Assembly (NCBI GenBank): GCA_047495785.1
Contig: JBLDXI010000054.1
Span: 2,666,001-2,730,000 of the forward strand
Length of the DNA stretch: 64,000 bases
Origin: Lepidodermella squamata
Lineage: Eukaryota; Animalia; Gastrotricha
Reading direction: 5' to 3'
Position numbers and translations under genes: made by a program. Under the pieces are notes generated by a model. The model worked only from the letters and a program-made list of their open reading frames with translations, was not told where the DNA came from and made no database searches. This document shows, piece after piece, positions 34,301 through 45,155 of the stretch (positions within the stretch are counted from its first letter, which is position 1; each line of letters opens with the position of its first letter).

Positions 34301-36001
34301 GATGAAACGATACCGTGCTAAACTATTTCCGAAGAAAACATACCGAAGCAATTGTAAAGATAGTTCATTTTCAGCACATCGTAGTGGGACATGTAATTGT
34401 GATGACCAATAGTTGACAGGTATCGCAAGTCGTATGGTTGCATCTCCGATCGTGTTTCATTGACATTCATTGTCACCAAACTCCCCGCATCGTAATCAAA
34501 TGGCAAGCCGAACGTCATGTCAGGAAGAGACTCTAAAAGAGTGTCAAAGCTAAAAAGTACACGATAGATCAATGTGAGTCAGGCTCAGATAAACTAACGT
34601 TTTTTGAAATGCTGCGCTCACCCATAGGTAATCGCGGTAGTCAGGTCGCAAAAATTCTGCTACAAATCCCGATAATGCGAAGAACGTGTAGGGAACAAGA
34701 TTTCTCTAGAAGAATAATAAAGTGTTGCAAGTAAATTTCCAGAATTCTGCTTATGAAAATAGCTGGATGAGACCTATTATTTTTCCTATTAGGCAGAAAA
34801 TAGAAAATGTGAGGAATTTCGGAAATCAGAAGTAAATAGTAAATATCCTAATTGTATGTGAACGGTCCTGATCTAACCTTATTTAACTTTACTTAGGAAG
34901 GCAAAGTGAAAGAAGACAAGTAATGCAAGACAAGTACCACGGTTTCATTGGAATTAATTTTTTCATCTCCAATGGCTAGCAGCTGTGTGTCATTGATTAC
35001 AGGATTCCCGGAACTGCGAGTTGGGAGAAAAATTAGGCTTGAATTTTTGTTCATTAAACGTCATACAGTGAATTCGTTTGGGCAAAAATAACCAGACCAG
35101 CTTGACCAGGAGTGAAGGATGTTGGGTTTTCGAATTTAATGCACGTAACACTGGACAGGTAGGCTTGCAACTTTATGAATTCTGCTCGCACCAGAGGACC
35201 TGTGAAGAATTATAATAGATATACCTATAATTAAATTTGTGTTTCATATTGAAAAAAATTTCAAAAAATTCACTGACTAATCAGAGTTTCCCAATATGTT
35301 TATATCATAGAGAAAAAAATGACCAGAGTAAGCACTCAAGCTAAAAAATTGATCTCCGATATTATAGAAGTGCGTTCTCAAAACGGATATCTCCGTTTTC
35401 TACCAAATTTTGCATGCCTATAGAACGCGAGCTGCTCTTTCACGTGGTATAAGATTTGAGGTGGGCAATTGCTGCTCAGTCTTGATCTCATCAAAATAAG
35501 TAAAACCATAGTGAAAACGAGGTTTTTGTATCGTAACAACGGTTGGGTTGCCCACCTCAAATCGTATACCACGTGAAAGAGCAGCTCGCGTTCTATAGGC
35601 ATGCAAAATTTGGTAGAAAACGGAGATATCCGTTTTGAGAACGCACTTCTATAATATCGGAGATCAATTTTTTAGCTTGAGTGCTTACTCTGGTCATTTT
35701 TTTCTCTATGTTTTATATCTATTATAATTATTGTACCTGCTTCGACATAGCCAGGATCAGTCCATCCAGGATGAGACGTGTTGCCGAACCACAGTTTGAT
35801 CGGCGAAGCAAGAGACGTTGAAGGCGTGGGGGTGTTACGAAGAAGTGGCGCGGCATCGTCGTCTGCCGTTATTGCCGCTCCCGTGCTCTCCAGCATTGCG
35901 GTTAAACTTCGAAAATCCCGAAAATCAGTTACGGAAGGGACGAAAGCCGAACCTGCCATGTCGACAACGAGTAAAAGAGCAATGACCGAGCTACTTAACA
36001 T
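31311..36001 (-). CDS. Secreted astacin-like protein (catalytic motif lost) with EGF, CUB, kringle and Cys-rich modules; 3' exons approximate
   Basis: Signal peptide; VTCIKF; GFVAEFLRPDYRDY; FGLPFDY...IGHHNYMSHYDVLKMNYLYNC. EGF CENDGFPNPAKNCTLCQCPFGFGGPLC; CUB CGG...CSWL; kringle GYDYEGT...TCSPW...NACRNP...CF. Confidence 0.78.
35306..35710. mobile_element. MITE/foldback element with ~163-bp terminal inverted repeats in astacin intron 1
   Basis: 35306-35468 is a near-perfect reverse complement of 35548-35710, with a 79-bp spacer. Flanks gtttatat/ttttatat suggest an imperfect 8-bp TSD. Confidence 0.85.
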
Positions 36002-36173
36002 CTACTTAACAACAACAAAAAGAGAAAAAAAGAGAGAAATACGAATATTAAACGCTTTTTTAAATCCATAAATTGTTATCAAATTTGAAGTTTCGCTATT
36101 GAAAAATAAGGAAATAGTAAGAAATAGCATTTTATCAGGCCTAATTGTTTGAATGGAATTTTCGTAAATAGTG

Positions 36174-36232
36174 AATAGTCGTCACGGAAATAGTCGTCAC
36201 GGAAATAGTCGTCACGGAAATAGTCGTCACGG
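36174..36232. repeat. 15-bp tandem repeat (AATAGTCGTCACGGA) x4
   Basis: Read directly from the sequence. Confidence 0.95.
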
Positions 36233-36244
36233 GAGAGCCTCGTG

Positions 36245-36317
36245 ATGGCTGTGTCCAAATACACTGGTTGATCATCACGAGCTGGGTTACTCAACCAGTG
36301 TATTTGGACACAGCCAT
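36245..36317. repeat. Perfect 27-bp inverted repeat with a 19-nt loop (mini-MITE or hairpin)
   Basis: ATGGCTGTGTCCAAATACACTGGTTGA ... TCAACCAGTGTATTTGGACACAGCCAT. Confidence 0.85.
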
Positions 36318-37735
36318 TTTCATCACGGACAACAATTAGGCCATGGGCGCCAGATGTTGTGATAAATCAACTTCGAGTGGTTGGAAAAGTAAACAAATCA
36401 GCTCATTATTCTTGAACGATAATAACTGTCAATAATTTTCGGCGGTTCGAATAGCTCTTGAAACACATTGATTTTTTCGAAATTTTCAATGGTTTTTGAA
36501 ATGGGGAAAATCTTAAAAAATGAAATTGATCAAACATCACAACTGCCAAAATGACAGCGAAATTGAGGAGTATTTTTAATGGGCCAGGTAACTATGATAA
36601 ATCTCTACATTTCCATGCTTGGAGCGAGCTTGGACAACTATCTATATAATATTTTCGGGAATTGTTTTATGCCTTGAATTAATGACTTTTCACCATATTC
36701 CATGAATACTAATACAAATTATGCTAATGATAATTTCCAGCACGGAAATTCTTTATTCATACACGAAAGCTAAGAAACATGCTAACTGCAGTGGTTTCCA
36801 CTAAAATTCAACGAATTAACGAAGGCGCAAACTTTTTGAGAAGATGCGTTTGGTGATTTTCCTGTGTTCGAATATAGCGAGCCAGAATCGATAATCACAC
36901 AGTAACGTTATTGATTAATGACTCATGTTGCATCCCTTGGATATATTTGCTGTGGAGATTACTTAGAGTGTAACCATCTCATCTTAAGTTTCTAAGATAC
37001 TGAACTCTATTTAAACCGAGTGAAATCTTAATAAATATCCTTGTGTGAAACTTGTAATTTTATCATCCTGGAAATTTCCAATTTTAAAAAATGCAAGTTT
37101 TGAGTCCGATATCGACAAGAACCGATCATTACCTTGCCGAGGATTGTCACTCATCACGCCTTGAGCTATTTTGCCGTTCAAAATCTTGAACGCGCTGTGA
37201 ACATGACGCTATATAACATTTCGTTACCAAGGCGTTACATTGCCATGATACGACATTATTTCATTATTTCACCGAAATTTCTGGGTAAATCGTGAAAGCT
37301 AATAACACAGCTAGTAACGGCTATTAACGCTTATAATTATTATTACGAGCGAACAAACTCTTCGGCTTGTTTACGCGATGATCACGGCTTATCCGTGTTT
37401 TATCCGTCACATGCCATCGCAAGCCGTCCGATTTATCAACGAGACGCGTTACGTGGCTCGGAGTGAAGTATCGCGCATTTTCCCCGTTTGAATGGGAAAT
37501 TTAAGGACAAATAAAATGATTTTCGGATAAGCTATGGTATGGCTAATGAATTCTGGATTAAATAAATAAATAGATAATTGAAAATCTTGATTCAGAAAGG
37601 GCTGTTGTTACCTTTATTTCGAAAATATACTGTTGTATAAAAATCTGGTATAAAAAATTCGTGGTTTCAAAATGGCACGCAGGCCGCTAACTTTGAACCA
37701 ATGTTTGATGAAAACCTAAGCATTCAATTCATCAC

Positions 37736-37807
37736 GGTCCCATGGTGTAGCGGTTAGCACTCAGGACTCTGAATCCTGCGACTCGAGTTCAAATCTCGAT
37801 GGGACCT
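37736..37807 (+). tRNA. tRNA-Gln(CUG)
   Basis: Same 72-nt cloverleaf sequence as the other four copies. Confidence 0.97.
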
Positions 37808-37920
37808 TCATTTTTTCAACCTCCTTTTGCTATTTTTCAACGCAAGCGTATTCAAATTATTTCCCTTTTTGCGACTCTCTGCATCGGAGAACGGCTTCAA
37901 ATCGAGTTTAGTTGATATTT

Positions 37921-38058
37921 AGCTTTGCGCAGTGGCAGTTCCATACTCAGTGAGGTGCAAACCGAGAGGTGGAAATTGCTAATTGAAAACTACCCCAATT
38001 ACCCGCTCTGAGGACCTACGGGTCCGCTGCAGCACTTTCTGGAGCCCCACAAGGGGCT
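37921..38058 (+). ncRNA. U4: U4 spliceosomal snRNA, copy 2
   Basis: Same U4 hallmarks as copy 1. Confidence 0.93.
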
Positions 38059-38431
38059 TTTGAATATCAGAAACAAATGTCAACTAACCATGCACTCAAT
38101 GTTGTCTTTAGCGTAAACTCGCACTGAAATAGTCATTTTTAAATAAACATGCAAATTCAAATTTACGAAAAATGTGTCCTACTTTTTTACCGCCACCTCA
38201 ATTCGTGGTTGTGGTAAATAATAACATTGCGTAGGAGCCAACAACTTTTTCTTGTGCGTCATTGTAGTCAACATGATGCGCATCTCACATCACCTCGCCC
38301 AATTAAAACGCCACGCAAAAACATTACGTTAATGTTTACCAAACCGAATGTTGTACTAGTGCATAGTAGAACCCAGCCCTGATGCTAGTTCGATTGGCGC
38401 TCAAGTGCGTCAATTTTTGTTTAGTCAAAGA

Positions 38432-41400
38432 ATGGGATTTTTTCTGAAATGCGCGTTCATTCTCAGCTTGGCATCAATTTCAACAGCAGTTAGGCCTCGA
38501 GCGAAGAATGTTAGGAAGGAACCGTCAATGTTTTATAGCTTCATCCGCGTTCCTCAAGTCGCTGCTAATACGGAGAATGGTCCTATAAAAAGGATTTTTA
38601 AATCAGCTCAGACAACTCGGGAGCCAACTTCACTGGAAAACTTGGTGAAAAATGCCTATGAAAAACTGCCGGAAATAGACATGCTTAAATTATGGCTGCA
38701 ATCTCAACCGAACGCAGCGTATCGCCGCAATACCTACGACTACTACCAATCCTCTGGAATGATCTATCAACCTGTAGATTATGGCGGTTTTATGATCGGA
38801 ATCGACGAGGAAGGACTCGCCGAACATTTGAGTAGCAGTGATGGCCCTCTGACTTTGAGTCGCTTGCTTAAAAACGCAATGGGCAATAAGGAATTCGAGC
38901 CCTCGCCACAACAGCAGGATTTCGGTAGGGAAATGGATGAGCTGATAACGGTCTTAAGTGGGTTACTTAAAGGAGGGGACGAAGATACATTAAAAAAAGT
39001 TATAGAAATAATGTACCCTCGAAAAGATTCAAACGGATCGGCAAAACCTTCGATTATCCCGCAAAATATGGAGCAAATCGTCGAAGACTTGGCTGTTCTA
39101 CTTAGGGATGATAGCTCTCCAAAGGCTAAGGAGCTTTACGAACTGCTTTCCCGTTTATACCCTGGCTCTGTTAAGCAAATAGCCATACCTGGAATTGATT
39201 ATGACACGCCTTCCTCTACAAATCGCCCCCCACACAATTTGCAGCAAGCGGTTAAGACTATGTTGGATAACATTAGGATCATAGTTCAGTTTGTGGATGA
39301 CACAACGCCAAAGCCGAAACCGACAAAGGCGAGTTCAGTAACAACTCCGATTACAGAGGCAACCACCCCTACTCCTCCGACAACATTGATTGGGCCTGTT
39401 TCTAGCTCGACTACTCAAACTACTCCGACATCTACAACTATTGAAATAACTACAACTACGACAGCCACGACTCCGACTACGCCGACCACAACTGTTTTAA
39501 CGTCGACAACTCAGACTACTCCTACACCTCCCACCACAGAAGTTGAGCTGGTTACAACTACGACTTCGACGACTACGACAACGTCGACTGAGGCGGCTAC
39601 TAGCCCTATCCCTACCCCTCCTACCACCAGGATTGAACTGACTACAACTACGACTACACCAACTGAACCTGTTACCACCTCAACAACTCAAACTACCCCT
39701 ATTCCTCCAACTACCAAAATCGAGCTGACTACGACCACTTCTACAATGGCTGCGACTATGCCTACTGAGCCGGCTACTAGCTCAACCCCTACCCCTCCTA
39801 CAACAAGGATCGAGGTGACTACAACTACGACTACGGCGGCTATGACTACGCCAACTGAGCCTACTACTGTCTCAACTACTCAAACTACTCCTATCCCTCC
39901 AACCACAAAAATCGAGCTGACTACGACTACGACTACTGCAGCTACTACTTCGACAACTCAAGCCACCCCTACCCCCCCTACCACTGTAATAGAGGTGATT
40001 ACAACTACGACACCTACGACTACTACGACTACCACAACCACTACGATTCCGGCCACAACCACTACCGGGCCTGTTCTAACCTCAACTACTCAATCTACTC
40101 CTACCCCTCCTACTACAGTAATCGAACAGGCCACGACTGCAACTACGACAGCTCTGACTACGACTACAGGGGCTGCTAGTAGTATCACTACTACCCCCGC
40201 TGATGTTATCACCTCAGCAAGTTCCATTTCAACCAATGCAACTACGATCCAGTCAACAACGGCACCTGTTGTTACTACAACGGCTGATTCAGCCACCACG
40301 ACCGGGGCGGCTACGACGACGAAATCGTTCACTACTATGATCTCATCCACAGAAGTTCCAACCACTATTGCCATCGTTACCACGGGTACTCCTCCAAATG
40401 CGACCAACTCCACAGAGACAACTATTGCCATTGTAAGTGAAACAACAACAGCGCCGGTTACTACCCCTCCAACAACAACAATAGTTGTAGAAAGTACAAC
40501 AACCCCAGTCACCGTAGCCGCTAATATAACTACAACAGAGGCGGCCAGGACAACATCGACTACGGCTTTACCCATCTCAACAACCGCCAATTTAACGACC
40601 ATAGCAAGTACTGTTGTGACTACGACAGCTCCCACGACTACATCGATGCGAAATATTGGTAACAGGACCAATATTTTGGAAGTACCCGGTTGCTTTGCCT
40701 CGGATAAGGGTGGTTTTGAAGTTAAATGTTCTCGAAATTCCACGGTTGATTTCAGCCGTGTTTATGTGAGTCTCTATCATAAATGTTCCAGCCAAGATAA
40801 TCTATCTCTGATTTATAGCTTCCGATTGGTGCATTTATGTTCACCTGTGATGAGTGTACAGTAGTTCCGGGAAAGCTGGACCAGTCATTCTGTGAATTCG
40901 TCGATACCGCAGCTTATGGACTCTATTCTGCAGTGTTCAACAACGTGAGTTTATCCGAAATCAGTACGAACGCTCTCGGTTGTCTGCAACGTCCAACTGG
41001 TGAAAATTCGTCGGATGCTTTTGTCAAAAAGTTAACTCGCTTAGTCATCAAAGGGACGCCGAACAATAACCTAACTCTGGCACCTAGGATGTGTGGACCT
41101 TACGCGGAGATCAATACAGTCTATTTATTGGAGATCAGATACTTGCAGATGAATTACGAATCGTTCAGAAACTGTTCATTTCGTTGGTTAACTATAGAGA
41201 GGGCAGATTTTACAGCATCAGGCTTCTCTCCGGAATATCTGCTAAGCATGGCGAAGGTGCCTGTTCATTTAAAGCTGCTCCGCGTTAGAATGGATACGGT
41301 CGAGCGAACGTGGGAGAATGTTTATCGGCGATCTGCTATGGACAACGGATGTGTGGCTGATTTCGACCTGGGTGGTGGCGGGACGGTCTCCTTGAACTGC

Positions 41401-41592
41401 GACTATCGGGCAGCCTGGGTGAAAGAGCGGGATGAAATGGAGAGGAAGTTGAAAATCGGCGATGCCTTGTGCAGATGGCCGCCGCAGTACTCGACTAGAA
41501 ATCTTGCTGGCATTCGATGGGAATTTATAGCCGCTATCTCGACTCAAGTACCTACAACAACGGAAAATCATCACCCAGACTATATCTATTAG
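38432..41592 (+). CDS. Secreted mucin-like protein: helical N-domain, Thr/Pro-rich repeats, C-terminal LRR/LRRCT-like domain
   Basis: Signal peptide MGFFLKCAFILSLASISTA; imperfect TTQTTPTPPTTxIELTTTT repeats; in-frame intron 40766-40818; LNCDYRAAW...ALCRWPP resembles an LRR C-terminal cap. Confidence 0.8.
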
Positions 41593-41722
41593 TTTTTAAA
41601 TGATTGATTTATCGTATTTTGCCCCGTTTGATGAAGCTGGCATGGCCAATGATTTCTGGAATAAATACACTTAATTTGTTAGAACGGCTTTTTGATGAAG
41701 TCCTTAGCATTCATTTCATCAC

Positions 41723-41794
41723 GGTCCCATGGTGTAGCGGTTAGCACTCAGGACTCTGAATCCTGCGACTCGAGTTCAAATCTCGATGGGACCT
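41723..41794 (+). tRNA. tRNA-Gln(CUG)
   Basis: Identical cloverleaf. Confidence 0.97.
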
Positions 41795-41911
41795 TCATTT
41801 TTTCTGACTTCTTTTTTGATATTTTTTACCTCGCCGCATATTCAAATTATTGCACTGGTTGTTGTTCCCTTCTTTATAGAACGGCTCCTGCTTCGATGTT
41901 AGACAATCCTT

Positions 41912-42049
41912 AGCTTTGCGCAGTGGCAGTTCCATACTCAGTGAGGTGCAAACCGAGAGGTGGAAATTGCTAATTGAAAACTACCCCAATTACCCGCTCT
42001 GAGGACCCACGGGTCCGCTGTAGCACTTTCTGGAGCCTCACGAGAGGCT
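41912..42049 (+). ncRNA. U4: U4 spliceosomal snRNA, copy 3
   Basis: U4 hallmarks. Terminal hairpin AGCCTC/GAGGCT versus AGCCCC/GGGGCT in the other copies is a compensatory change. Confidence 0.93.
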
Positions 42050-42422
42050 TTTGAACATCAGAAATAAACTTATCCAGCAGCTATTCTAAGATTGACCTTA
42101 TTTCAAGCCGACTAATTAATTCACATGTATTAACAAATTATGGTCTTGGCGCGAACCTTTGGCATTATTTTCAAAGCCTTATGATACAGCAAATTCATCG
42201 TGTAGCATGTGAATAATTGAAAGACAGAAGATGTAGAACACGAGTTATATCATGTTACTTGCTGAACGTCTGTGATTGTCGGTGAGTTACTGTTTCTACG
42301 CCTATCTATGCGTGCTTGATATCATGTTACGACCTCCAATTAGCTGGGGGAACGCCCACGTCTGAGCTTCTCCTTAAGAAACAGCCTTCCTTTATGTTTC
42401 TTCAGCAAACAGTGATTTAGAA

Positions 42423-44702
42423 ATGCAGAGGATCGTTTGCTTGTTTCTTGCCCAGATCATTACCATCGCCTGGTCAAAACCTTACAATCTTACAATTTTG
42501 CAATTGACTGTGGTGCAAAATGTACCGATCAATCAACTGGCTTGCTCTATTGCGGCTCAGTTCGTGGCGGACGAAATCAACCGCAGATCTGATATCTTGC
42601 CCGACTATCACCTCCTCGTTCGTGCGGTAGACGACGGCCCAGGTGGGGTTTTCGACACCAAACTAGCTGTTACTTTTTCTCGTGAAATGGATGAACATTT
42701 TTACAATCCAAGTGGTGTAGTTTCGACCTTCCAGTCACCTATCATAATCGGTGGCACTTTTACCACGGGTTGTAAGTCTTACGGAGCAATGATTCACCAC
42801 ATTCACAGTGTTGCAATAGCTTATGCGTGTTTAAGTCCTATTTTTACAGAGAATCGCAGAACATATCCTAATTTGTATCGCACGAAAGGCCCGGCTGAAA
42901 TCAGCAACTTCGTAACTCTCGCATTTCTACAACGCATGGGCTGGACAAAGATAGCAATGTATGCAAACGTGGAAAATTTATTCAACGCTATGATGGCCAC
43001 GCATTTGTACTCTATGGTTGATACATTCGGGGTTAGCCTTGTTTGGTTTGATATCGGGCCGCAAATTGCCCTCTCAACGGTCGAATCGATGAAGCAGAGT
43101 GATGCGAGAATATTCATTATCCATGCAGCGGAACTTCCAGTTATACTTAACTTTCTCTGCTTTGCTTATGTATCAGGTATTCGAGGCAATCGATACGTTT
43201 TCATGTTTTTCACTTCCGCAACAGCTGATCCTCTGGCTTTGCCGGATTTGATAAGTCCTGGTTGTTTCAGGTCGATGATCATTGCTCAATTTCGGCAAAC
43301 GTTTCTATTTGGTCCGCCTCTGACACCTATGGAGAATTACCCAAATACTTCACTATTAAACATGAGCCGGGCAGCTTTTGAATCAAAGTTTCTTTCTTAT
43401 CGGCAATCAACAACGAATGCAACGACAGATTTCTTTGAACAATATTCATGCCATGATATGATGCTTATGGCTGTTTTAGCTTTGGACAAGTCCGAAAAGC
43501 AACTGTCGACCATTGGAAAATCCCTGCGCGATTTCAAAATCGAGCCTGAAATGGTTATGAAGATCGTCAATCGAAGTGTTGCGGATACCGATTTCATTGG
43601 CCTGAGGGCCGGGCGATTGAAGTACTCGAGGCGATTAGAATTCGATGATGAACCGTTATTCATTCAATCATGGGACCCGAATCGTGGATTTCAGGCGCGC
43701 TACAAATGGTTTAACGTCTCAGGCACACAATTTAACCTCAAAGAGCTGCAACGTATCGATTGGGCTACGGGTGACGCAGGGCCCCCACGAGACTCAGCAT
43801 CGCTTTCGATAGTCGAAATATGCCTCAGCCCACTTGCTTCGATGGCTCTGATTGTTTGGGCGTCATTAATTGCATTAGCTAATTTAGCAACATTTTTCAG
43901 CCCGAAACTGAACGATGAAAAGACACGTTTCCGTGGAGGCGTTGATTACAGAATAATTTTAATAGGTTGCGTGCTGCTTGACTCCGCGGCGATATGTTAT
44001 GCTCTAACCGGGGATCTTTGCAACGTCAGACTGATTCTCGTCATTCTAGGAATTTCAGCGTTAGATGGGACGATATTCTTTAAGCTTGCTTTTTTGGCTC
44101 TGGGCGTAAACAAATCTAGGTATGTCTCATCGAGAGCAGGCCGCTCCGATGTCTTTGAAATGTCTCCTCTTCCGAGATCGAGATCGAGAACGAGAACGAT
44201 CAGCAGAAACGATGGAACTTTTAACAATGAAAATAAACCAAATACCAAAACCGTAATGGCAGCAATCATCTGGATTGCACCGAATTTTGTGGCCGCCGTC
44301 GTCTACATAGCGTCGGACCCATCCCATATGATTATGGTGGAGCATAAACAGCAGTATTATGACCGAGCGCTGGATTCTGTCACCGTGTTCCTAGAACCGG
44401 TGTGTAAATCACAGGACACTTTTACCTTCGCAATTACAGCCATTCATTTATTTCTTCAATGCGCAGGATGTCTCTTTGCGTTCAAGCTTCGAGCTGTTGT
44501 GTTACATCGGAGAGATCGGGTTTTCAGCATTGCTATTGCAAATTTGGCGACAATCTCAATCGCTTCAATGTTTATCATCATTTTGGTGCAATCATCTATG
44601 ATAGCGGGCCAAGTAACGTTTTCTGTTGCTTGTTTGCTTATATCGACGTCAGTATCAACAATCATCTTTTACCCCCTATTCACCAAGTCGCCACAGCTTT
44701 GA
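42423..44702 (+). CDS. Class C GPCR-like receptor, close paralogue of 21140-23398 in inverted orientation
   Basis: Long identical peptide blocks with the 21-23 kb gene; signal peptide, VFT-like ectodomain, 7TM. Confidence 0.88.
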   Translation: MQRIVCLFLAQIITIAWSKPYNLTILQLTVVQNVPINQLACSIAAQFVADEINRRSDILPDYHLLVRAVDDGPGGVFDTKLAVTFSREMDEHFYNPSGVVSTFQSPIIIGGTFTTGCKSYGAMIHHIHSVAIAYACLSPIFTENRRTYPNLYRTKGPAEISNFVTLAFLQRMGWTKIAMYANVENLFNAMMATHLYSMVDTFGVSLVWFDIGPQIALSTVESMKQSDARIFIIHAAELPVILNFLCFAYVSGIRGNRYVFMFFTSATADPLALPDLISPGCFRSMIIAQFRQTFLFGPPLTPMENYPNTSLLNMSRAAFESKFLSYRQSTTNATTDFFEQYSCHDMMLMAVLALDKSEKQLSTIGKSLRDFKIEPEMVMKIVNRSVADTDFIGLRAGRLKYSRRLEFDDEPLFIQSWDPNRGFQARYKWFNVSGTQFNLKELQRIDWATGDAGPPRDSASLSIVEICLSPLASMALIVWASLIALANLATFFSPKLNDEKTRFRGGVDYRIILIGCVLLDSAAICYALTGDLCNVRLILVILGISALDGTIFFKLAFLALGVNKSRYVSSRAGRSDVFEMSPLPRSRSRTRTISRNDGTFNNENKPNTKTVMAAIIWIAPNFVAAVVYIASDPSHMIMVEHKQQYYDRALDSVTVFLEPVCKSQDTFTFAITAIHLFLQCAGCLFAFKLRAVVLHRRDRVFSIAIANLATISIASMFIIILVQSSMIAGQVTFSVACLLISTSVSTIIFYPLFTKSPQL

Positions 44703-45083
44703 CTAACTATTCGGTACTCGATGTGTCATACCTTTTTCATTCCTTTTTTAATGGCTTAAGAATAAGGATATTATTGCCCACTGAGATTGATATGTGCTTA
44801 CCTTCTAAATGTGTCCAGTTTGATTTTATCCGGAGTTTGATAAATAATAATAGTTAATAATAATTTCTGTTTCAAGGCGAGCTTTGAGGACTAGAAGGGC
44901 ATGCCACTTACTCTAGCCCTAGGTCTTATCGTAAGTGAGTGAGATTTCCGTACGATGGGATTTGACTGGTGCAGCTGACACTTCTAGTCTCCCAATTTTC
45001 TATTTTGTAACGCGATGGATTAATGGACAAATGGACAAATAAAGCGGGTCTGTTAGATAAAACCTAAGCACTCAATTCATCAA

Positions 45084-45155
45084 GGTCCCATGGTGTAGCG
45101 GTTAGCACTCAGGACTCTGAATCCTGCGACTCGAGTTCAAATCTCGATGGGACCT
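45084..45155 (+). tRNA. tRNA-Gln(CUG), followed by a cassette spacer but only the first 5 nt of U4
   Basis: Identical cloverleaf. The downstream spacer is homologous to the other cassettes and ends AGCTT at 45279-45283. Confidence 0.97.

Noticed and set aside
36174-36232. Direct repeats resembling a CRISPR array
   Set aside because: No spacers, eukaryotic context and no cas genes; a plain minisatellite.
37736-38058. tRNA-U4 unit as a tRNA-headed SINE
   Set aside because: No poly(A) tail or target-site duplication seen, the tRNAs are perfect and followed by T-run terminators, 5' flanks are co-duplicated, and U4 shows a compensatory change.
38058-42423. Identical 374-nt offset from U4 end to the next ATG for both the mucin and the 42-kb GPCR
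   Set aside because: The intervening sequences are not homologous and the third case is 443 nt, so probably coincidence.
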